Shown here one piece after another: positions 10,993 to 18,069 of a stretch of 41,012 bases of DNA (within the stretch, counting starts at the first letter, position 1; each line of letters starts with the position of its first letter). Source of the DNA: Gammaproteobacteria bacterium (lineage in GTDB: Bacteria; Pseudomonadota; Gammaproteobacteria; S012-40); the NCBI GenBank assembly GCA_015491615.1, contig WFVN01000011.1:1-41012 (forward strand). The letters run 5' to 3'. Both the position numbers and the translations under genes were made by a program. A model generated the notes under the pieces. It ran no database searches. It was not told the origin of the DNA and saw only the letters and a program-made list of their open reading frames with translations.

Positions 10993-12510
10993 CTATTCCC
11001 CATCGGGCGGAGGGAGATCGGTGGCCGGTGCCTCCAATTCCTTGAGGATATCCTCAGGAAGAGCCTCTTCTTGTCGCGCCTTTTCGGCTTCCTTCGCCGC
11101 CTCTTCCAGCACCTCCATGACGCCGACGATCACTCCCGCCTCATTAACGAACAGGGTACGCATGGCCTCACCGAGGAGGGCGACGTCACGAGCGAGATCC
11201 TTGTTCTCGGGTTTCTGGGGGTCGAACACCAAATGGGTAGCGCGCGCCTTGCGCATCCACTCCAACAGTTGTGGAGGGGCATCGCTTCCCGGCGGTAACA
11301 TCAGCACGTCACACTTGCATACCAACATCGTCTGTCCAGGCCACTGGCTGAGCACGCGCGCGAACTTGCCCAGGTTTTCCACCTCCACGGCCACTTCTTG
11401 CAAGAGAATGGCATGAGGCGTTTGGATACCGGCGCGCACCATCTGTGCATAGGCGCGGTCTTTGCTAGTGAAGAGCACAGTGCACGCGATCAACAACAAC
11501 AAGACGCCTCCTCGGCGGGCAATCAAGCTTTGACCACCGAACTGATCCTGGAGCCGGATCAGAGCATCGAACGCCCAAATCATGATGAACACGAACACCA
11601 AATAAGCCCAGCCGGTGTCCGCTGCCGCCGCACCGAATACCAGCGACAAGGCCAACATGATGGCAAACAGGTCTTCCCGCAAACGATGGAAATTGAGTCC
11701 GGCGAGGAGCACGGCGACTGTAATGATGAGCCAGGGCTCCCAGGTGGGCGGAAAGGGATCCAATTCGGTACTGTGGAAGATAGCCGTCAAAGCAACGAGC
11801 GGATCGGCACCCCACTGAAGGGCGTGCCAACCGGCCTGTAACAAGCCAAGCAGACCGAGGGCGGTGAGCAAGCCGATGAGATTTTGTTTCTTGAGCCGCG
11901 CCGGCTTGGTTTCGTCGCGCCACACGCGCCATACTAGGGCCAGGGGATGAGCCAATCCCGCGGGATGGACGCTCACCGTCACCGCTGCCCACAGAAAACG
12001 CATATAGAACCATCCCCCCAACGGCCGTTTGCTGGCCTCGTATCGCCGTTCCATCCAGTGAGCTGCCAGGAAGCAAAAGAGAAGAAAAATTCCCGCTCCG
12101 AGAGAATCGATCTGGGTGAGCGTAAAGGGGGCCAAGAGCAGTAGGCCGGTGGCGATGAGAGCCTGTTCTTGCCCCAGCCGATCCTTCATCCAGCGGTAAA
12201 GCATGAACAGAGCGGTATACGCAATGAGGATCCACAACACACGGGGAGCGACGAGGCTGCCCGGCCAATACAAGGTCACTGGGATGAAAAACATCGCTCG
12301 TAGATCGGGAATTCCGAGCAGAACGATGGGGCTGGCCACTTGATGATAGATGGACCAGTTGAGCAGCAAACCTCGCGCGGCCCCCTCTTCGATGGGTAAT
12401 TCCCCGAAATGAATCAAGGGAATAGACAAAATCAAGCCGCCCCAGGCCAGAAGGATCCACAGCCAAGTCAAGCGCCCCAAGGTCTTTTTGATGTGTTCGA
12501 TATCGGGCAT
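10993..12510 (-). CDS. Polytopic membrane protein with an acidic soluble C-terminus; possibly GT-C-fold glycosyltransferase-like
   Basis: A 505-aa product with about 10-12 hydrophobic helices. The first loop is acidic (GELPIEEGAARG), reminiscent of the DE/EE loop of ArnT/PMT-type enzymes. The ~130-aa C-terminal soluble part ends in a Glu/Ala/Lys-rich tail. It lies 41 nt upstream of the bactofilin gene on the same strand. Confidence 0.6.
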   Translation of the reverse strand: MPDIEHIKKTLGRLTWLWILLAWGGLILSIPLIHFGELPIEEGAARGLLLNWSIYHQVASPIVLLGIPDLRAMFFIPVTLYWPGSLVAPRVLWILIAYTALFMLYRWMKDRLGQEQALIATGLLLLAPFTLTQIDSLGAGIFLLFCFLAAHWMERRYEASKRPLGGWFYMRFLWAAVTVSVHPAGLAHPLALVWRVWRDETKPARLKKQNLIGLLTALGLLGLLQAGWHALQWGADPLVALTAIFHSTELDPFPPTWEPWLIITVAVLLAGLNFHRLREDLFAIMLALSLVFGAAAADTGWAYLVFVFIMIWAFDALIRLQDQFGGQSLIARRGGVLLLLIACTVLFTSKDRAYAQMVRAGIQTPHAILLQEVAVEVENLGKFARVLSQWPGQTMLVCKCDVLMLPPGSDAPPQLLEWMRKARATHLVFDPQKPENKDLARDVALLGEAMRTLFVNEAGVIVGVMEVLEEAAKEAEKARQEEALPEDILKELEAPATDLPPPDGE

Positions 12511-12647
12511 TTCCTGGATTTGTTCTTGCCAAATGGGGTAGGCGATCTTAGCATCAAAACAGAGGCGTGCGAGGGACGAAATCGCCCGTCAAGACCGATC
12601 CTTTTAATAGGGAATGGAAATCAAGGGGTTGTGTTGGACGCCCTGGC

Positions 12648-12676
12648 TTGAAAGCGTTTTGGCCTCGTGCTATACA
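12648..12676 (+). promoter_or_regulatory. Candidate sigma70-type promoter (TTGAAA - 17 nt - TATACA) upstream of the micro-ORF and cytochrome c4 gene
   Basis: The -35 TTGAAA is at 12648-12653, followed by an exact 17-nt spacer and the -10 TATACA at 12671-12676. It lies in the 388-nt divergent intergenic region. This is sequence pattern only. Confidence 0.3.
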
Positions 12677-12727
12677 TGCCAAGGCTTCAGAATTGTCGAT
12701 ATTTTGTATGGAGGGGGATATCAAGCT

Positions 12728-12820
12728 ATGGTTACCACGGGTGACGTATTTTTGACGTATCTGCTCGTTTGCGTGTTGTTCTTTGGTCTGGCCATCGTGA
12801 TGTATAAAAAGAACGCCTGA
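12728..12820 (+). CDS. Candidate 30-aa single-TM micro-protein
   Basis: The Shine-Dalgarno GGAGGGGGA ends about 9 nt before the ATG at 12728. The product MVTTGDVFLTYLLVCVLFFGLAIVMYKKNA has one hydrophobic helix and a basic C-terminus. It lies downstream of the candidate promoter. Confidence 0.4.
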   Translation: MVTTGDVFLTYLLVCVLFFGLAIVMYKKNA

Positions 12821-12898
12821 CGGCGCGTTGGCCTCGGCGGCGAAGCGGTGATGTTCGGCCGCTTTGTCGGCTGACATACATAGGGAGGGTTTCAATCA

Positions 12899-13654
12899 AT
12901 GAGTGACAAAACGATTCAGGGGCTGCGCAAGATGGCGCTCGTGGCGGTCGCTTTGGCCGTGCCGATGGCGGCTAGCGCAGGGCCCGAGCCGGGTAAGGTC
13001 ATGAAGACCGCCAATATCGAGAATGGCAAGAACATCTACTTCAACGGCAAAGGCGATGTCCCTGCTTGTGCTTCCTGTCATGGGCAGGATGGTTTGGGTG
13101 ACGACGCTATGGGAACACCGCGTTTGGCCGGACAAGGTTTCACTTACGTCCGCAAGCAGTTGGAAGATTATGCCAGCGACAAGCGCATGGATACCACCAT
13201 GTTCGTCATGAACGCCAACGCCAAGGGATTGAGTGAGCAGGATCGTATCGACGTCGCCGCATATCTCTTCCAGTGGAAACAGCCTTACACCGGCTCGGAT
13301 CTGAAAGCGGTCGAAGAGTTGGGCCAGCCGATAGGTAAGCGTCACCTTGGCAAATCTCTCGTCATCTATGGTGCGCCGGAGAGGGGTATTACTTCTTGCT
13401 ATGCTTGTCACCAGTACAATGGGCGGGGTGCATACCCCATTTATCCTGAGCTGCTGGGGCAGAGGTACGTCTATCTGGTGAACCAGCTCAAGAAATGGCG
13501 TGATGAGAGCCGGACCAATGATCCGGGCGCGCAAATGCGGGAAGTGGCAAAGAATATGTCTGATGAGGATATCTATAACGTTGCTACCTATTTGTCTACG
13601 GCGCCGCCCAGCACTATCGGGAATTCTTACGTCCCGTATCATCCTATACCATAA
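12899..13654 (+). CDS. Periplasmic diheme cytochrome c (c4-like)
   Basis: SD AGGGAGGG lies upstream. A signal peptide is present (ALVAVALAVPMAASAG). There are two CxxCH motifs (CASCH, CYACH), each followed by a class-I cytochrome c half (RLAGQ...QL..Y, LLGQ...QLKKWR) as in c4/c553 diheme proteins. Confidence 0.85.
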   Translation: MSDKTIQGLRKMALVAVALAVPMAASAGPEPGKVMKTANIENGKNIYFNGKGDVPACASCHGQDGLGDDAMGTPRLAGQGFTYVRKQLEDYASDKRMDTTMFVMNANAKGLSEQDRIDVAAYLFQWKQPYTGSDLKAVEELGQPIGKRHLGKSLVIYGAPERGITSCYACHQYNGRGAYPIYPELLGQRYVYLVNQLKKWRDESRTNDPGAQMREVAKNMSDEDIYNVATYLSTAPPSTIGNSYVPYHPIP

Positions 13655-13670
13655 GGCGGACACACTAATA

Positions 13671-13698
13671 AAAACGGGGCCCATCCGGCCCCGTTTTT
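13671..13698 (+). terminator. Rho-independent terminator after the cytochrome c4 gene
   Basis: AAAACGGGGCC (13671-13681) pairs perfectly with GGCCCCGTTTT (13687-13697) around a 5-nt loop and runs into a T-tract. It lies 17 nt after the stop codon. Confidence 0.8.
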
Positions 13699-13801
13699 AT
13701 TTGTTAATTTGATAGAACTCGGGTGACAACGTTAGGTCTGAAGAATGAATGCAAATATTTCGTTATTTGTTTTGCCGTAGGAATCGGAGGATAATTAGCC
13801 G

Positions 13802-14359
13802 ATGGGGAAGAAGCAGCCCTTGAAGCAGGGCGAAAAAATTCTGTTCGGTATATTTGGGGTTTTTTTGGGGCTGGCGGTTCTCGCGTATGCCATTCTAGAG
13901 ATAGTGCGTCTCAAATCGGAAGAACCCATATTCCAGTCCAGGACAAGTTATGCGTTGTCGGAAGAGGGTAAGCTTGGATCCAAGTTATTTCGCGAGCGTC
14001 GTTGTACCGCATGCCATCGCGCCATGCGTAATGGAACGAACATGGGTCTGAATCTGGATGGAATCGGGAGTCGAAAAAATGTCGATTGGCTCTACGGTTT
14101 CTTGAGTGAGCCGGAAAAATATTACGGAGCTCCCACGCTCGATCATGGCTATCGCCCCAAAGAAGCGGCCTATGTTGCCGACCTGCCCGAGAGTGAGCGT
14201 CGTGCCATCGCCGTATTTTTGTCGGAATTGAAATCTGAAAGAGGATCCGCTTCCGCATGGGTACCACCTGAGGACGACTCCGGTTTTATCGATAAGATGA
14301 TTCGACTCTGGGCGCCGCCGGAATGGGCGGAAAAATATGAAGATGTGAGGGAAAAATGA
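13802..14359 (+). CDS. Membrane-anchored monoheme cytochrome c
   Basis: An N-terminal TM helix (ILFGIFGVFLGLAVLAYAIL) and a single CTACH. The LDGIGSRKNVDWLYGFLSEP segment resembles the CcoO-type heme domain and is paralogous to ORF 20533..21009. Confidence 0.8.
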   Translation: MGKKQPLKQGEKILFGIFGVFLGLAVLAYAILEIVRLKSEEPIFQSRTSYALSEEGKLGSKLFRERRCTACHRAMRNGTNMGLNLDGIGSRKNVDWLYGFLSEPEKYYGAPTLDHGYRPKEAAYVADLPESERRAIAVFLSELKSERGSASAWVPPEDDSGFIDKMIRLWAPPEWAEKYEDVREK

Positions 14360-14895
14360 ATAGCCAACCCGACAAGAAACCGTGGGAAGAGGAGGAATAC
14401 ACGGGCTACACCCTACGCTTTATCTATGCTTGTATTGTCTACGCCATCATTGGTTTTTCATGGGGCGCTTTGATGGGAGGGGTCTCAGAGTTCAGGCATT
14501 TCGTCGATCATCGTTTGCATGGTGATCTCATCGTTCGCGCCCACACCCACATCAATCTTCTAGGGTGGGTGGAGATGGCCATTTTTGGTGCTGTTTACTA
14601 CCTTATCCCGCGCCTGGTCAAGCGAGAAATCTACAGTATGGGACTGGTGAAGGTACATTTTTGGATGCACAACTTCGGCTTGATCGGTATGGTGGTACTG
14701 TTCACCGTGGCGGGTATCATCGGTGGGCGTGCGAGTTTGCACATGACACCCGATCAGATCGAGCCTTTGGTGAGGCCTTGGCTTGCGGGTGTGGGGCTGT
14801 TCGGGACGTTGGTCCTCATCGCCAATATCATTTGGGGCTACAATATCTTCAAGACCTGTAGGGGCTGGAGGTTGGCCTATGTTGCGGAGAAATAA
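14356..14895 (+). CDS. Four-TM paralogue of helices X-XII of the CcoN-like subunit (stand-alone heme-copper oxidase subunit I C-terminal fragment)
   Basis: The ATG overlaps the preceding stop (ATGA). My hand alignment to residues 334-407 of the 16637..18043 product gives 28/74 identities without gaps. These include LHG....AHTH..LLGW vs VHG....AHAH..LLGF, AVYY, KR.IYS and H.WM. The C-terminal IANIIWGYNIFKT vs IGNIVWLYNMYKT match adds 8/13. Confidence 0.8.
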   Translation: MNSQPDKKPWEEEEYTGYTLRFIYACIVYAIIGFSWGALMGGVSEFRHFVDHRLHGDLIVRAHTHINLLGWVEMAIFGAVYYLIPRLVKREIYSMGLVKVHFWMHNFGLIGMVVLFTVAGIIGGRASLHMTPDQIEPLVRPWLAGVGLFGTLVLIANIIWGYNIFKTCRGWRLAYVAEK

Positions 14896-15394
14896 ACTCG
14901 AGATTGCAGTGCTGTTCATGGTGTTCTTGGCGACTGTTGGTTGCCTATCCAAGGATGCCAGCGTCAAGGTCGGTGAGTCAGTGCCGAGCATCAAGACTAA
15001 GACCCTTGCGGACGTGGGAGGAGATTTCTCTCTCATCACGAGCTATCGTTATCCCGATGAGCGTATGTACCAGTTATCCCTTGATGAGGCGCTTCAAGCA
15101 GGTCGTCCCATCGTACTTGAATTTGCTACGCCAGGACATTGTACGGTTTGCGATAAGCAATTACAGATGCTCAAGGGCTTACTGGACAAGTATGAAGACG
15201 AGGTGATTTTCCTCCACATGGATCAGTATCAGAATCCCGAGGCATTTAAAGCTTTCAAGGTCATCGGTGACCCTTGGACGTTCGTCATCGATGAAAATGG
15301 AATCGTTCGATACAAACAGCCAGGTCGCGTGCTTTACAACGAGCTCGATTGGGTTCTCAGCAAAGTACTTGGTGGTGAGCAGGGTAACGTCTGA
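14879..15394 (+). CDS. Thioredoxin-fold lipoprotein with CxxC motif (TlpA/redoxin-like)
   Basis: The ATG at 14879 lies inside the last 17 nt of the preceding gene. The signal peptide ends in a lipobox-like FLATVGC. FATPGHCTVCDKQ is a Trx-like CxxC context, and the PWTFVIDENG cis-Pro region is typical of redoxins. Confidence 0.7.
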   Translation: MLRRNKLEIAVLFMVFLATVGCLSKDASVKVGESVPSIKTKTLADVGGDFSLITSYRYPDERMYQLSLDEALQAGRPIVLEFATPGHCTVCDKQLQMLKGLLDKYEDEVIFLHMDQYQNPEAFKAFKVIGDPWTFVIDENGIVRYKQPGRVLYNELDWVLSKVLGGEQGNV

Positions 15395-15846
15395 TGGCAA
15401 AGCGCAAAGAGTTCATCATTCGTCCAGACAAGCGGGGTGTTTGGTGGGATTTGCTCTTGTATGTGCCGACGGTGATCATTCTTATGCTGATAGGCTTGAA
15501 GCTATGGTACTCGGGTAAAGAAGGTTGGGGTTACCTCTTGGAATTTCTCGCGACGTTTTTTGCCTTCGTAGGGGGAAATCGCATCGCTACGCGTTTGCAA
15601 CTCACTGGTAAGTCACCGGTGAAGGTGACGGTGGACAAGCAAGCCGTTTTGGTCGACTTGAAAAAAGGAGAACAAGTCGCCTTGGTGAAGAATGTTAAAT
15701 TCTTCAGTGATTATGCAGGGCGGTCGTTTGCGGTAAGCGGCATCGATAGTAGGGGGGAGAAAAAAAGCTATGTCTTCCACAAAGGGCAATTCACATTGGA
15801 GGATGAATACAAGTCCGCCCTGTCCGCTCTACGGGTTTTTGCTTAG
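15394..15846 (+). CDS. Membrane protein with two N-terminal TM helices and a ~90-aa soluble domain (possibly bacterial PH-like)
   Basis: The ATG overlaps the preceding stop (TGATG). The hydrophobic helices are LLLYVPTVIILMLIGLKLW and YLLEFLATFFAFVGG. I recognised no catalytic motif. Confidence 0.6.
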   Translation: MAKRKEFIIRPDKRGVWWDLLLYVPTVIILMLIGLKLWYSGKEGWGYLLEFLATFFAFVGGNRIATRLQLTGKSPVKVTVDKQAVLVDLKKGEQVALVKNVKFFSDYAGRSFAVSGIDSRGEKKSYVFHKGQFTLEDEYKSALSALRVFA

Positions 15847-16034
15847 CCACGTTTTGCGCGGTAAATGTTCCGGGCAAGGATGGCGAGGACAAAGATACCT
15901 ATGATTTCCGCGATGAGAATGATAATCAGTTTTGCTTCGTCGGTGACGAAACCATCCACCATCATATGAATCGAGTAGCCCAGCAAGAACAAGAAGCCAA
16001 ATGCCGATATAAGGTAAAGAGCTATTTCTTTCAT
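15843..16034 (-). CDS. Small two-TM membrane protein (63 aa)
   Basis: This is the only minus-strand ORF inside the cluster. The hydrophobic product is MKEIALYLISAFGFLFLLGYSIHMM...LIIILIAEIIGIFVLAILA with an RNIYRAKRG tail. Its 3' end overlaps the convergent gene by 4 nt. Confidence 0.45.
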   Translation of the reverse strand: MKEIALYLISAFGFLFLLGYSIHMMVDGFVTDEAKLIIILIAEIIGIFVLAILARNIYRAKRG

Positions 16035-16204
16035 CGGGTTATACCTGTTTCTGATGTATCGGGTTTATGTAACTATAATTGATGAGGTGGGAAGGCCAAT
16101 AGTCCTTGACCCGGCATGATCGTCTATGCAACGATTTGTAGTCGCTAATGAAAGGCGAAATTCATAATTGTTTTAGTCGGTTATAAGCGCATAAGGGAGG
16201 GGTT

Positions 16205-16468
16205 ATGAATAAGCTTCTGATTTGTATCGTTGCCGGAATGACCACCGGAATGGGCAACGGGAGCGTCTTTGGGGCGACGTTGATGTGCTTTCTTGGGCGT
16301 GGCAAATTCGAGGATTGGGGTGGGGCGCCCAATGCTTTGAACTTCCACCCCGCGACTTTCACTGGGTTCGTGGACTGGGTGATGATCGTGTTTGGCGTGG
16401 CCTTTGTCATCATCATGGTGTTGGCCTTGGCGAAACACGAGCAGCTTGAGGCTGCAGCGTCGCGTTGA
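16205..16468 (+). CDS. Small membrane protein (87 aa), first gene of the oxidase operon
   Basis: A strong SD (AAGGGAGGGG) lies 4 nt before the ATG. The product has a hydrophobic N-terminus and a C-terminal TM helix (FVDWVMIVFGVAFVIIMVLALA). Confidence 0.6.
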   Translation: MNKLLICIVAGMTTGMGNGSVFGATLMCFLGRGKFEDWGGAPNALNFHPATFTGFVDWVMIVFGVAFVIIMVLALAKHEQLEAAASR

Positions 16469-16524
16469 GCGTTGCCCGTTGGATCGTATTGCTTCAGACT
16501 TTTCATTAAAAAAGGAGGGGGATC

Positions 16525-16617
16525 ATGGCGACATTCGCTAGTTTCTGCGGGATTCTGCTCGCGTTCGCGAGCATGTGGTTTGCTTGGTATCTGCTGATGC
16601 CGCGGGAACGCGGTTAA
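16525..16617 (+). CDS. Candidate 30-aa single-TM micro-protein immediately upstream of the CcoN-like gene (CcoQ-position peptide)
   Basis: It is absent from the ORF track because it is shorter than 60 aa. SD AAGGAGGGGGA ends 4 nt before the ATG at 16525. The product is MATFASFCGILLAFASMWFAWYLLMPRERG, with TAA at 16615-16617, 19 nt before the next start. Confidence 0.5.
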   Translation: MATFASFCGILLAFASMWFAWYLLMPRERG

Positions 16618-16636
16618 TTTAAGGGGAGGTCTGTCG

Positions 16637-18043
16637 ATGCTTAAATATCTCTTCATGAGGAACGAAGATATCCCGCCCGGCACTGCGGCAGTTTTCTTCG
16701 GCTTCTCCTCAATCGTCTGGTTTGTGCTTGGTACCGGGCTTGGATCTTTCAATGCGGCCAAGCTGGCCTTCCCGGACTTCGTCACGGGTATCGAGATGCT
16801 GTCTTTCGGGCACATGCGGCAGGTGCACGTGCTCGCCGTGATCCTGGGATGGATCTCCATGGCGTTCGCCATGACCATGATGTACATCACGCCTGCCCTG
16901 GGTAACACCAAGCTCTGGTCCGAGAAGTTGGGGGTTTGGAACTGTGCCCTCTGGAACATCGGCCTTGCATTGGGTCTCTTCCTCCTCTGGATCGGTATTT
17001 CCTCCGGGCGTGAATATTCCGACCTCATCTGGCCCGTCGATCTGGTCGTTATCTTTGGTGTTCTCTTTCCGCTCGGCTTGAATGTCTGGATGACGATCAA
17101 GAATCGTCGTACCCAAGGTATTTACACCACGAACTGGTTCTTTGGTGCGGCCGTTTTCATGGTCATCGTGGTATTCCTGGTGGGTAACACCCCCGAGTTC
17201 TTCAATCTAACTGGTCTGACGGAAGCCTATCTGACTTGGTGGTTCGCTCACAATGTGTTGGGTCTATGGATCACCCCGGTAGCCGCTGCCATTTCCTACT
17301 ATGTGGTGCCGAAAGTCACGGGTAATCCACTGTACTCACACCGTATCGGCCATTTGCATTTCTGGTCGGTCGTGGTGTTCTACTCCACGCCCGCTGCGCA
17401 CCATTTGATGGCTGCGCCTCTGCCGGAGTGGCTTAAATCCTTTGCCTCCGTGGAGGGTGTGTTGATTCTGGTGCCGGCCATTGCCTTTGTGTCCAACCTC
17501 CTGTTGACCATGACCGGTAAGTGGCGGATGTTCGTCGAGAACATCGAGATCAAATACACCATCACGGGTGTATTGCTCGCCATTCCTTTAAACGTGCAGG
17601 GTGGTTTCCAGCAGACCCGCGCCATCAATTGGTACGTGCATGGTACAGGCTGGATCGTCGCGCATGCGCACTTGGCATTGTTGGGCTTCTCTACCTTCCT
17701 CGAGGCTGCAGCAGTGTATTACGGTCTCCAAGTGCTGTTGAAGCGGAAGATCTACTCTCTGGCCTTGGCCAATTTCCACTACTGGATGTTGCTCATCGGC
17801 TTCTCCATCTACTGGATTTCCATGACCATCGCAGGTCTGATCCAGGGTGCGGGTAAGATTTACGAAGTGCCCTACATTGATGTGGTGATCGCTGAGCATC
17901 CCTACATGATCGCTCGTTGGGTCGGTGGGACGTTGGTGTTCATCGGCAACATCGTGTGGTTGTACAACATGTACAAGACGGCGGTCGCTGGTACGCCTAT
18001 CCCGGCGGGTCGCCTACCTCATGAGCTGGCCTACGAGCGTTGA
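16637..18043 (+). CDS. ccoN: C-family (cbb3-type) heme-copper oxidase subunit I, CcoN-like
   Basis: SD AGGGGAGG lies upstream. The product is 468 aa with 12 predicted TM helices. Ligand motifs are FGHMRQVH (H64), WWFAHN (H205), FYSTPAAHH (Y249, H255, H256) and VAHAHLALLGF (H343, H345). Confidence 0.9.
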   Translation: MLKYLFMRNEDIPPGTAAVFFGFSSIVWFVLGTGLGSFNAAKLAFPDFVTGIEMLSFGHMRQVHVLAVILGWISMAFAMTMMYITPALGNTKLWSEKLGVWNCALWNIGLALGLFLLWIGISSGREYSDLIWPVDLVVIFGVLFPLGLNVWMTIKNRRTQGIYTTNWFFGAAVFMVIVVFLVGNTPEFFNLTGLTEAYLTWWFAHNVLGLWITPVAAAISYYVVPKVTGNPLYSHRIGHLHFWSVVVFYSTPAAHHLMAAPLPEWLKSFASVEGVLILVPAIAFVSNLLLTMTGKWRMFVENIEIKYTITGVLLAIPLNVQGGFQQTRAINWYVHGTGWIVAHAHLALLGFSTFLEAAAVYYGLQVLLKRKIYSLALANFHYWMLLIGFSIYWISMTIAGLIQGAGKIYEVPYIDVVIAEHPYMIARWVGGTLVFIGNIVWLYNMYKTAVAGTPIPAGRLPHELAYER

Positions 18044-18069
18044 TAATAATTAGAAGGGAGGAATGAACA

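Noticed and set aside
12554-12895. The 113-aa minus-strand ORF in the 388-nt intergenic region upstream of the cytochrome c4 gene.
   Set aside because: It has no SD and an odd composition. It overlaps the better-supported + strand promoter, micro-ORF and SD of the c4 gene, so it is most likely non-coding.
16035-16204. An FNR/Anr box (TTGAT-N4-ATCAA) or clear promoter upstream of the oxidase operon; also checked 12511-12898 and 13699-13801.
   Set aside because: Scanning by eye found no good match to the 14-bp consensus. There is a TATAAT hexamer at 16074-16079, but the sequence 17 nt upstream (CTGATG) is a poor -35, so I did not call it. A computational PWM scan would be needed to settle this.
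16637-18043. Interpretation of the subunit I as a nitric oxide reductase (cNOR/qNOR or one of the proposed alternative NOR families).
   Set aside because: The helix-VI motif is WWFAHN (cbb3-like) rather than the Glu-containing HLWVEG-type motif of NorB. All three CuB histidines are present. The Tyr six residues before the HH pair, the C-family cross-link position, is conserved. An O2 reductase is the more economical reading, although NO reduction as a side activity cannot be excluded from sequence.
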